Below are positions 51,360 through 59,703 of a stretch of 64,000 nt of DNA, piece after piece. The stretch lies in NCBI GenBank assembly GCA_022820675.1, contig JAJEFC010000346.1, forward strand, positions 3,387 through 67,386, in the 5' to 3' direction. Both the position numbers and the translations under genes were made by a program. Origin of the DNA: Vicinamibacteria bacterium. GTDB lineage: Bacteria > Acidobacteriota > Vicinamibacteria > Vicinamibacterales > UBA8438. The notes beneath the pieces are model-generated. The model was not told the DNA's origin and made no database searches. It was given only the letters and a program-made list of their open reading frames with translations. Positions within the stretch are counted from its first letter, which is position 1, and every line of letters begins with the position of its first letter.

Positions 51360-51596
51360 TCAGTCGGCGCGGCGGTCGGGGTGACGTTGGCGCCGCACCC
51401 ACGCCGCGGGGTCGTCGTCCCACGCGTGGCCAGTATCAGGCAGGCGGCCGAGGGCGTCGTCGATGTCGTCCCAGCGCCGTTCGTGCTCGAGACCGCGGCG
51501 GATCAGCTCGGCGATGAACGCGCTTCGCCGCCGCGGCCCGGCGCGGCGGTCGATCTCGTGCACGAGTGCGTCGTCCAGTGCGATGTGCAGACGCAT
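51360..51596 (-). CDS. ribbon-helix-helix (CopG/VapB-like) protein
   Basis: ATG at 51596. MRLHIALDDALVHEIDRRAGPRRRSAFIAELIRRGL plus a Trp-containing tail (AWVRRQR) is the pattern of actinobacterial-type VapB/CopG antitoxins. No PIN partner is present. Confidence 0.6.
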   Translation of the reverse strand: MRLHIALDDALVHEIDRRAGPRRRSAFIAELIRRGLEHERRWDDIDDALGRLPDTGHAWDDDPAAWVRRQRHPDRRAD

Positions 51597-51643
51597 GGGC
51601 CTGAAACTAGCATGGCCGGCGCGCGGGAGTCCATGCGTTCGAG

Positions 51644-54600
51644 TCACGGTTCCTCTTCGAGCCGTTGCAGCTTCGGCTGGCGCGGGGGCGCCAGACCGAC
51701 GCGGGCGGCGACGTGGTTCGAGAGCGACTCCAGGACGGCGCGTTCGTCGGAACCGGCGTCGGCCAGCTCGATTAGCGCCTGCAAGAGACGGGCGAAGAGG
51801 GCGTGGCGCTTCAGGCCGCGGTCGTCGAGATAGTCGTTGACCCGCGCTTCTTCGCCGGCGCGCCACAGGTGCATCAGGCGGTGGGCCTGGTCGATCAGCG
51901 GCGGCGGGCGGCCGTCGGGTGCGGCGTGGCCGAGCGACCTGGCCGTCCTGCGGCTCCACGGCTTCAGCGCCACGCGGCTGCCGGCGCCGCCGGGGCCGTC
52001 GGTCGAGCCGGCGCTGTCGGTCGAGCCGGTGCTGTCGGTCGAGGCGGAGCCGTCCGGCGGGCCGGCGTCCTCGTCGAAGTCGGCGTCGTCGTGGCCGGCT
52101 TCGCCAGCGGACGGGCGCCTGCCGCGAGACAGGACGTCGTAGCGATCCGTCAGCTCGCGGTCGGACAGGTTGCAGGAGAGGGCGTAGAGAATGCAGGCGC
52201 CGGCGGGGGCGTCGCCCATGCCGAAGTCGTTGCGGTGCAGCAGGTAGTAGGTGGTTACGTCGTCGAGCCCGCTGGTCGCCTGGGTGTCGCCGTCGTGGGT
52301 CAGCACCCGGCCGACCACGAAGTCGACCACGAAGCGCCGCACCTCGCGGAGGAACTCCGACACCGCGAGTCGCTCGCCGGGGGCGTCCGCCTTCTTCACG
52401 ACGGGGTGCTTCGAGAACGCCTCGAGGGCGGGCCCGGTCGCCGCCCACACGAAGTCGGGGCCGCGGATGCCGGCGACCCAGAAGTCGCGGAGCTGCCGGG
52501 TGATGTTCTCGCGCATCTCGGCGAGCACCGCGGCGTCCCATCCCGCCCGCGCGGCCGGGCGCTTCCGGCAGACGATCCAGATCGACGAGGCGAGGGCCGC
52601 CGACTGCATGGCGCGGGTCCTGGCGAGCCGTTCCGTCTGGATCGTCCACGAGCCCACGACCACGAACCCGGCCCGGATGAGAGCGGAGACGAGCGTCTCC
52701 CACGCGTCCGGCGACTTGTTGGCGAAGACGATGACGAGCCGGCCCTCGTCGCGCAGCGCGGCGTGGAACCGCGAGAACGCGCGCGCCATGCCGTCCTCGT
52801 AGTTGCGCTTCGACGCCCCGCGGTCGCCGCCGAATCGGGCGGCGTCGTCGATGAGCTCGCCGTCGTTGGCCGCCGCGTTCCACTTCGGGCCGAGGGGCGC
52901 CTCGAAGGCGGCGTCGATCTCGGGCGACAGCCCCCAGAGCGCGCGCCGCAGCCAGACATGGAAGAAGTCCATCAGGTCGGAGTAGGGAATGGCGTCGTAG
53001 TAGGGCGGGTCGGTACAGATGAGGTCGAAGCCCGGGTCCGCGGCGCCGTGGGCCTGCGGCTCGGTCGCGGACCCCGGCGTGCCGGTGGAGCCAGCGGGGG
53101 ACAATCGCTGTTCAGTGCTGGTGGCCTGCGGCTCGGTCGCCGCTGCCGCACCCGCGGCCGCACGGATCGCCGCCAGCACACCCGCAGAGTCGTCGCGGAA
53201 TGTCCGCCGGCCGGGTTCGGCGGAGGCTTGGGGCTCGGCGGTGGGTCCAGGCGTCTTGTCGGAGGTGATTGCCGGCGGAGGTGCCCCGGGGGTGGCCGTG
53301 GGCTGCGGTTCGGCCGCGGACCGGCGCAGCACGGCGGGTGCAGGCGCAGCGGTCGTGGCGTCGAGCAGGTGTTCGCATACTTCAGCGGTCCATTCGACGG
53401 CCTGGATGAAGCCGCCGCTGGTATCGGCCAAGGGGCAGGACTCCGCGAAGTCCCACACCATCGGCAGTGCGAAGCGAGCGAACGTATGCCCAATCTTGTC
53501 GGCGTCGTATTGCCACGTGGCCAGCGTGCTCCCGCGGTCGGCCACGCGGCTGATCGTGGGCGTCAGCGTCGCGACCAGCGCTTCCCGCCACGCTTCCGGC
53601 CAGCCGGCCATCGTCTCGGGGAGGCGGCGCATCTCCTGGACAAGCGTGCCGAGGGCCAGGAGTTGGCGGTTCGTGAACAGCGTGCGCCACCTGTCGAAGC
53701 CGTAGCCGTCGACCGAGAACGCCCGCGACGCTCCGACTCCGGCCTTCGGCGTCGGCTCGTCCGGCACGCCGAACGGCGACTCCGCGTAGAGCGCCTCGAT
53801 CTCTGCCTCGTCCACCCGCGCTGCTTCCAGCTCCAGGGCCGTTGGCAGCCGATACTCCTTGCCGTGCGGGCCGTCGACCACGACCGCAGTCATGACCTCG
53901 CCCAGCCGCCCGGCGCGGCCGTCGAGGCGGAGGTCCTGCATGGTCATGATGGCCTGGCAGAGGGGGCACCGCACGCCGGACCGGCTCATCGTGCCGGCGC
54001 CGACCCGCCGATCGTGCTCGCGCCGGCGCGCGGGGTTGCCTTCCCCCCGGGGGACGTCACTCTCGACTCCGAAGACAACCCCCGTCTTGTCCGCGTTCGC
54101 CGCCATCGTCAGCCGCACGCGCTTGGCACCCTTCCTGGCGAGCCAGCGGGTCTTGAGTAGCGGGACCGTCGCGCGGCAGCCCTTGCAGCGCGCCGTGCGC
54201 GCCCAGAGATACGCGACGGCCGGCTTCGCCACCCATCGCGGATTCCGCCGGTCCTTCAGGTACACCGCGTCGAACGCCGCGTTCAGCGGACCGACGTCGG
54301 TGTCGCCGTTCGCGTCGGCGGCCAGCAGCGTCAGCGGCCGCGGCTCGAACGGCCGGCCGCCCGGCTTCAACGCCTGGAACGCCGCGTAGGTCGGATACCG
54401 TCGCGCAAGCCGTCGCCGCGCCTCGGCCAGCACCCGGCGTCCCCAAGCGCGGACCTGCCACGCGAGGTCCGCCTCCAGCTCCGGTCCTGTGCCGATCAGA
54501 CGCGGCTCGGTCTCGCGGTCGTCGCCGAGGCAGAGCTCGGCGAGTTCCCGCCTCAACGCCCGGCCCTTCACGCCCCGCGCCTTCAGGAGGGCGGTCATGA

Positions 54601-55198
54601 ACACCCGGTCCCGCAACGCGAACGCCGGCAACGGCCGCGCCTCGCCCGCGAGCCTCCGCGGATAGTCGAGCGTGCACTTCAGGATGAACCACGCGACCGG
54701 ATTGATGTCGACCGCCGTCACCGCGCAGCCCAGCCGCATCGCCTCCAGCGGAATCGCGCCCCCGCCCGCGAACGGATCGAGCACCCGCGGCGCGCGCCCG
54801 CCGAAGGCGTCGCGAACCCGCGCCCGGAACCACTCGACGTCCGGCCCGCCCTCCCGTTTCCAGTGGAGAATCCCGCCCTGCGTCTCCCGCTTCCGCCGCG
54901 CCACCGTCCGTCCGCCGACCCGCTCGTCCTCGACCGTCTCGACGACCTCGCCCGCCATCCGCCGGTAGACCGCCTGTCGCTCCCGCGCGCTCCCGGGGTC
55001 GGGCAGCAGCGTCGCGATCAGCGCCGCCCGGCTCGCCGCCAACGGCCGCCGCGCCGGCCAGATGTGCAGCGTCGAGATGTGCCCGTGGCGGACGTTCTTC
55101 TCGTGGACGGAGTCGAGGGACACCTGCTCCAGAGGAAAGGCGACCTCGATCAGGCGCTTGTGCGTCAACGCGTCTCTCCCGCCACGTGTTTCCGCCAC
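51644..55198 (-). CDS. DUF1156 domain DNA methyltransferase (COG1743-like, DPPY motif), methylase component of Hma-like system
   Basis: KRLIEVAFPLEQVSLDSVHEKNVRHGHISTLHIWPARRP (DUF1156), VLDPFAGGGAIPLEA (SAM motif I), Cys pairs CKGC/CPLC (Zn ribbon) and CTDPPYYD (motif IV) are present. An alternative TTG start at 55168 would overlap the upstream stop as TTGA. Confidence 0.9.
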   Translation of the reverse strand: MAETRGGRDALTHKRLIEVAFPLEQVSLDSVHEKNVRHGHISTLHIWPARRPLAASRAALIATLLPDPGSARERQAVYRRMAGEVVETVEDERVGGRTVARRKRETQGGILHWKREGGPDVEWFRARVRDAFGGRAPRVLDPFAGGGAIPLEAMRLGCAVTAVDINPVAWFILKCTLDYPRRLAGEARPLPAFALRDRVFMTALLKARGVKGRALRRELAELCLGDDRETEPRLIGTGPELEADLAWQVRAWGRRVLAEARRRLARRYPTYAAFQALKPGGRPFEPRPLTLLAADANGDTDVGPLNAAFDAVYLKDRRNPRWVAKPAVAYLWARTARCKGCRATVPLLKTRWLARKGAKRVRLTMAANADKTGVVFGVESDVPRGEGNPARRREHDRRVGAGTMSRSGVRCPLCQAIMTMQDLRLDGRAGRLGEVMTAVVVDGPHGKEYRLPTALELEAARVDEAEIEALYAESPFGVPDEPTPKAGVGASRAFSVDGYGFDRWRTLFTNRQLLALGTLVQEMRRLPETMAGWPEAWREALVATLTPTISRVADRGSTLATWQYDADKIGHTFARFALPMVWDFAESCPLADTSGGFIQAVEWTAEVCEHLLDATTAAPAPAVLRRSAAEPQPTATPGAPPPAITSDKTPGPTAEPQASAEPGRRTFRDDSAGVLAAIRAAAGAAAATEPQATSTEQRLSPAGSTGTPGSATEPQAHGAADPGFDLICTDPPYYDAIPYSDLMDFFHVWLRRALWGLSPEIDAAFEAPLGPKWNAAANDGELIDDAARFGGDRGASKRNYEDGMARAFSRFHAALRDEGRLVIVFANKSPDAWETLVSALIRAGFVVVGSWTIQTERLARTRAMQSAALASSIWIVCRKRPAARAGWDAAVLAEMRENITRQLRDFWVAGIRGPDFVWAATGPALEAFSKHPVVKKADAPGERLAVSEFLREVRRFVVDFVVGRVLTHDGDTQATSGLDDVTTYYLLHRNDFGMGDAPAGACILYALSCNLSDRELTDRYDVLSRGRRPSAGEAGHDDADFDEDAGPPDGSASTDSTGSTDSAGSTDGPGGAGSRVALKPWSRRTARSLGHAAPDGRPPPLIDQAHRLMHLWRAGEEARVNDYLDDRGLKRHALFARLLQALIELADAGSDERAVLESLSNHVAARVGLAPPRQPKLQRLEEEP
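51998..52051. repeat. 18-nt in-frame tandem repeat (3 units) inside the methyltransferase gene
   Basis: gtcggtcgagccggcgct / gtcggtcgagccggtgct / gtcggtcgaggcggagcc, encoding STDSTGSTDSAGSTD on the minus strand. Confidence 0.9.
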
Positions 55199-56223
55199 AG
55201 GTAGCTGGCGAAGGAGGCGCAGGCGCCCAGCATGAACACCGCCTCGTCCCGGCCTACTTGAGCATCTGTCCGGTCGAGCAACGGATGACGAATACCCTGT
55301 TCGTCCGACGCGTAGCCGTAGAGCCTGATGAACGCTTCCCTGAGCGCGGGATGCAGCGCGCGATGTCGCTCAAGTGACTTCAATGCCGGCCCCAAATTGC
55401 TGGATGCCTCTGGATCGAGTTTCCGGGCAACAGACTCGACAGCGTGAATGCTCTCCCGAACGGCTCCGGCCCAGTCACCGACGTGGATGTTCCCGGACGC
55501 GTCGCGCAGGTGTGCCGCGCTGGCGTCCAGGCCAGCCTCCCGAAGCTCGCCGAGGGACTCGACAACCGCGGTTCCCTCTTCGGGCGTCACGGCCGGAATG
55601 ATGGTCGGCGGTGGTGCCACATCGATTGTGTAGGCCAATCGGCATTCGGCGAACGTCTTCTTCATCTGCTTGACGAATCCGCGCGGACACCTGGGATGGC
55701 GCAAGACGAACTGGATGAGGTCGAATACCCTGTTGAAGGGCCATTTCTCAATGCGCTGGCGAAGACTGTACCGAACTCTCGGGAATCGGGGATCCCATTT
55801 GTCCAGCGAACCACGGTCCAGGTGAACGTGCTTGGCATGCAGAATCTCATCCCAGGGTGCGGCAATCCACGACTCGGCAAACATGTACGGATCCCCCACC
55901 GTCTTGGTGGACCGACTGATGTGTTCGAAGAACAGGTTCCATATCTGCGTCCGCGCATCTCGCGACAGCTCTCCCAGTTGCAGCGGCCCGGGAACATCTT
56001 CGTAACCCTGGGCCTGCGAGAAACTGAGTTCATGTGCGTCGCGACGAGTCGGCGTTCCACGGAGACCACTGGGTCCGCCGGGTGGTTCCAGTCCATCGGC
56101 TGTGGGGGCCGCGATCCGTGCTCGCTGACGCGCGCGCCAAGCGGCCCGGCGCATGGCCGCCTCGGCGCCCACCATGTCTGGATCACGGTCCGCGTGCGTC
56201 GGATTCCTGTGTTCGGTGCTCAT
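55165..56223 (-). CDS. AbiJ-like protein: AbiJ-NTD4-like N-domain plus C-terminal HEPN domain
   Basis: FSQAQGYEDVPGPLQLGELSRDARTQIWNLFFEHI resembles the AbiJ N-terminal domain 4 pattern. The C-terminus AVRESIHAVESVARKL ... FIRLYGYASDEQGIRH ... MLGACASFASYLW resembles the AbiJ-type HEPN with its R-x-H region. The ATG at 56223 overlaps the upstream stop (ATGA). Confidence 0.65.
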   Translation of the reverse strand: MSTEHRNPTHADRDPDMVGAEAAMRRAAWRARQRARIAAPTADGLEPPGGPSGLRGTPTRRDAHELSFSQAQGYEDVPGPLQLGELSRDARTQIWNLFFEHISRSTKTVGDPYMFAESWIAAPWDEILHAKHVHLDRGSLDKWDPRFPRVRYSLRQRIEKWPFNRVFDLIQFVLRHPRCPRGFVKQMKKTFAECRLAYTIDVAPPPTIIPAVTPEEGTAVVESLGELREAGLDASAAHLRDASGNIHVGDWAGAVRESIHAVESVARKLDPEASSNLGPALKSLERHRALHPALREAFIRLYGYASDEQGIRHPLLDRTDAQVGRDEAVFMLGACASFASYLWRKHVAGETR

Positions 56224-56750
56224 GTTCGCCTGCCTTCCCCGACCAGCATCGGAACCTCTCCTGAATTGTCGTACACCGCCCACACGTCCACGAGGGCGCG
56301 GTAGACCTGCTCGAAGTTGCGCCAGCCGGACAGGAACCGCCGTCGGATCACCGGTTCGGGCACGTCGTGGCCGCCTTCCGCCACCCGTTGGGCCACCCGA
56401 GCGATTGCCGCCTCGGGCGACGGCAGCCGCAGGAAGAACAGCTTGACCCGGTAGCCGTGCTCGCGCCAGCGAGGAATCAGGCGGGTGTAGCCGCGTCCGC
56501 TCAACGTCGTCTCGAAGGCGAAGCTGGCGCCCCCCCGTGCGTGCTCCTGAATCTGCCGGGCCATCAGCCGGCCAGCCTGCACGGCCACCGAACCCGCCCC
56601 GAACGGGCTCAACCCGGCCGCAATGAGGTCACCGTTGACGAAGACGGGGCAGCCGGCTTCGGTCGGCAGGAACTCCCGGGCGAACGTCGTCTTCCCGGCT
56701 CCGTTCGGTCCGGCGACTATGAGAACCCGCTTGCCGGCATTCGCAGTCAT
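56220..56750 (-). CDS. zeta-toxin-like P-loop kinase/ATPase (COG4185-like)
   Basis: In-frame ATG at 56750. Walker A is VAGPNGAGKTTFAREF. FETTLSG, VKLFFLRL and GGHDVPEPVIRRRF ... NF ... VYDNSG follow the COG4185/zeta family pattern. Confidence 0.7.
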   Translation of the reverse strand: MTANAGKRVLIVAGPNGAGKTTFAREFLPTEAGCPVFVNGDLIAAGLSPFGAGSVAVQAGRLMARQIQEHARGGASFAFETTLSGRGYTRLIPRWREHGYRVKLFFLRLPSPEAAIARVAQRVAEGGHDVPEPVIRRRFLSGWRNFEQVYRALVDVWAVYDNSGEVPMLVGEGRRT

Positions 56751-56781
56751 GTCGTTCCGGTACACAAGGCGCTGCCGCGTT

Positions 56782-57639
56782 TCAGAATGGAACTTCGTCA
56801 GCAACAGTGTCAATTGATATTTCGTAGTCAAACATGCCGTTGTCCGTAACAAGCCTGATCATCGATCTGCCGGTTACTTGATAGCTATCTTGAAGCGCGT
56901 CGCCGCGTGACTTGAAGGCCACGATACGTCGAGCCTCGAATCGCAATTGAGCCCAACCCGTACGTTGAAGACGCTTGACCGGACAGGTCAGGAAATAGCG
57001 CCATTTGTATTGGGGCACGTCCGACTCTGTGCTGGGGCTATCCCTTTCGTCTTGACGGATTCTCCATTTGTGTCCAGTATAAAAGTAAACGCTCTCGATT
57101 TCTGCAGATGGCAGGTCGGAGTCGTTGTGGAGATCGATCCTAAAAGTTATTTTTGCGGTGGCAGACCAATCCGTCCTTTCCAAATCACCACGGATCTCCT
57201 GTACTTGCACACGAATCCGGCTGCGGCGAATGTTCTCTATTTCGTTGCGAGCCCATGCAAGATTCTCTATCATTTGCTCGCGGAGGAATTGGATTGAACC
57301 CTCGTAAACAATATGCCGCCTGTCCTTCAAGTCGAATGGGATGTCAGCGACATCTCTGGTGAGCAATAAGCAAAGCTTGTCCTTGGCATGCGCGTACCCC
57401 ACTTCGTAGAAGACATTGGGGTTCCTGCCAGACATGTCGGCGATGACGATGTCCGCGGCTTCGATTTGCCGGTAGATTCGGTCAAGTATACCTCCCGCGA
57501 ATAGTTGCTCGTCGACGCGTTCTGCGCGGATACCGAGATCGTCGGCAGGGTCCTTGATGCCCAGTCGGTAGATGTCGTCGAAATCCGAACTGAAAGGCAT
57601 GAGCACGAACGCGAAGGTCGTTTCTGTTGGGTTATGCAT
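56782..57639 (-). CDS. nucleoside 2-deoxyribosyltransferase-like / TIR-like N-domain protein with uncharacterised beta-rich C-domain
   Basis: FAFVLMPFSSDFDDIYRLGI ... ILDRIYRQIEAADIVIADMSGRNPNVFYEVGYAHAKDKLCLLL ... IPFDL is the pattern of the deoxyribosyltransferase/TIR-like Rossmannoid effectors. I do not recognise the C-terminal ~150 aa. The gene is markedly lower in GC than its neighbours. Confidence 0.6.
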   Translation of the reverse strand: MHNPTETTFAFVLMPFSSDFDDIYRLGIKDPADDLGIRAERVDEQLFAGGILDRIYRQIEAADIVIADMSGRNPNVFYEVGYAHAKDKLCLLLTRDVADIPFDLKDRRHIVYEGSIQFLREQMIENLAWARNEIENIRRSRIRVQVQEIRGDLERTDWSATAKITFRIDLHNDSDLPSAEIESVYFYTGHKWRIRQDERDSPSTESDVPQYKWRYFLTCPVKRLQRTGWAQLRFEARRIVAFKSRGDALQDSYQVTGRSMIRLVTDNGMFDYEISIDTVADEVPF

Positions 57640-57783
57640 CTGTTCCGTCCGGTGGTACAGCCACTACATGCCCGGCGATCACGAAGATTCTCTTGCCGAC
57701 TGCGTTGGTCAGAAACGGTTCCGATCGGCGGCCTCGTGGCTGTTCCAGGTCGGCGGACTGGTAGCCCTTGACGTGCACGCGCT

Positions 57784-59703
57784 TCAGCACGCGACGTCTC
57801 CAGAGTTCACGCCCATCTCCTGCAGAAACCGTGACGGCTGTTTGGCCCAGCCGAAGTACGAGTCGGCATGGGTCAGGGTCAGGCTGGACTGAACGCGAGT
57901 GATTGCCACGAAGCAGTTGCGACGTTCTTCTTCGAGGGCGGCAGGCCCGCCCTGCAGTGCGTGAAACGAAGGCAACTGCTCTTCCGCGAGCCCGATCAGG
58001 TAGACGTGACGGAACTCCTTGCCCTTGGCGAGATGAATCGTCAGACACTGCACGTCGCCGGCGGTCGGAGGCGAGGTCTTCTGGCGGAGGTCGAGTTGCT
58101 GGAGGAACTGGCTCAGCGGCGGGTCAGCGCCCAAGTGCTGTCGGATCTCCGCCGTCAGAGATCTCCAGATCCCACTCTCGTCGGATTCCTCGTCGGAATC
58201 GGTAGCGACCGCTCGCGGTGTGCGATCACGCCAATCGAAGGTGTTCTTGATGAAGTCGCGGTACCTTCCTCGGTCAAGGAGGTCGTTCCGCAGGGTATGC
58301 AGCAAGGGCCGTGCGGCGGGGGTTGCACATGAGGATGCAACGTTCAAGAACCCAGCCAGAAGAGGGTCTCCCAGCAGAACGCTCTCGGCCTCCGCTTGCG
58401 TGGGCTGCACGGGGGCCGCGGTGAGCTCGTAGAAGGCCCCGCACAAGAGAGCGAGTTGCTCGGTGTCGCCGGGGCGACGGATGAGGCGTAGCGACGAGTG
58501 GAGAAAACGCAGGAGCGGCGATTCGAACTCGGCCTTTCGCTTGACCACGTACGACGGCAGTCCGGCTCGCGACAGCGCCGCGGCAACGGCGCGGACGAGC
58601 TTGGTGCTTCTGGCGAGGACCGTGCAATCTCCGGGCTCGATGGAGCTCGTCTTGATGTCTTCGGCGACCCAGGACAATTCGGTTGCGCAGTCGGTGAATC
58701 GGCGAGCTCGGACCACCGACGAGCGTGAGGGGGGGGGCGTGGTGGTGGCGGACACCAGGGGCCTCTTGTCGGCGGCCCGGTCAGCGTTGTGGGCGATGAG
58801 GTTGTTCGCCAAGCGAACGACCTCGGGCGGGCATCGAAAGCTCTCGGGAAGCTGGACGATGGCCATGTCGTAGTCGGTCCGGAGTCGGCGGAGACGCTCG
58901 GGGCTGGCGCCGTTCCACTGGTAGATGGTCTGGTCATCGTCGGCGACCACGAAGAGGTTGCTGTTCCGGTCAGGGTAGAGCGCCCGCAGGAGAAGATCCT
59001 GGACCTTGTTGGTGTCCTGGTACTCGTCCACGCAGGCGAACGGGTACACGATGCGGTAATCGCGGGCGATGCGGGGGCGTTCGCGGAAGAGGCGGAGACA
59101 GCACACGAGGAGCGCGCCGAAGTCGAGATGATTGCCTTCGATCAGACGCTGGATGTACGCCCCGAAGATGGGACGAATCCACTCCTTGCCGGGGGCGGCG
59201 AACGGCAGCGGCGCGTCGTGACCCTCGCGACCGTCGTGGCCGTCCCGAAGCAGGCGGTCGACCATGGGCATCAGACCCTTGCCGGTCGCGCCCGCCGGCG
59301 TGCCGGGGTGACCGGCATCCTGTATCGCGTCGTTCAGGACCAGATGCCGATCCGCGTCCTGGTTGAGGATCGCGAAGTCGGGGCGCAGGCCGAGGTGGCT
59401 GCCGTGCTGGCGCAGCACGTCGGCGGCGAAGCCGTGGAACGTCGTCAGGCGAGCTCGGCGCATGCGGGGGCCGAGCAGTTGGGCGACCCGGCCCCTCATC
59501 TCCTCGGCCGCCTTGGTCGTGAACGTGAGCGCGAGGACTCGGAACCGCTTGTCGGGGGTTTCCTGGATGAGCCGCGCGACGCGCGTCGCGAGCACGCGCG
59601 TCTTGCCTGCCCCCGGCCCGGCGAGCACCAGCATCGGGCCGTCGTTCCAGTCGACGGTCCGCCGCTGGTTGACGTTCAAGGAGTCCAGATCGAGCATGGT
59701 CAC
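57784..59703 (-). CDS. gajB: UvrD/PcrA-type superfamily 1 helicase, Gabija GajB
   Basis: VLAGPGAGKTRVL (Walker A), LTFTTKAAEEM, VDEYQDTN and IHLAKGKEF are present. It lies directly downstream of the OLD-type ATPase-TOPRIM gene with overlapping stop and start (GTGA at 59700-59703). Confidence 0.85.
   Translation of the reverse strand: MTMLDLDSLNVNQRRTVDWNDGPMLVLAGPGAGKTRVLATRVARLIQETPDKRFRVLALTFTTKAAEEMRGRVAQLLGPRMRRARLTTFHGFAADVLRQHGSHLGLRPDFAILNQDADRHLVLNDAIQDAGHPGTPAGATGKGLMPMVDRLLRDGHDGREGHDAPLPFAAPGKEWIRPIFGAYIQRLIEGNHLDFGALLVCCLRLFRERPRIARDYRIVYPFACVDEYQDTNKVQDLLLRALYPDRNSNLFVVADDDQTIYQWNGASPERLRRLRTDYDMAIVQLPESFRCPPEVVRLANNLIAHNADRAADKRPLVSATTTPPPSRSSVVRARRFTDCATELSWVAEDIKTSSIEPGDCTVLARSTKLVRAVAAALSRAGLPSYVVKRKAEFESPLLRFLHSSLRLIRRPGDTEQLALLCGAFYELTAAPVQPTQAEAESVLLGDPLLAGFLNVASSCATPAARPLLHTLRNDLLDRGRYRDFIKNTFDWRDRTPRAVATDSDEESDESGIWRSLTAEIRQHLGADPPLSQFLQQLDLRQKTSPPTAGDVQCLTIHLAKGKEFRHVYLIGLAEEQLPSFHALQGGPAALEEERRNCFVAITRVQSSLTLTHADSYFGWAKQPSRFLQEMGVNSGDVAC

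Noticed and set aside
51360-52883. 507-aa minus-strand ORF overlapping the 3' part of the methyltransferase gene
   Set aside because: The frame is Arg/Pro-rich nonsense except for the last 78 codons, which form a clean RHH protein starting at ATG 51596.
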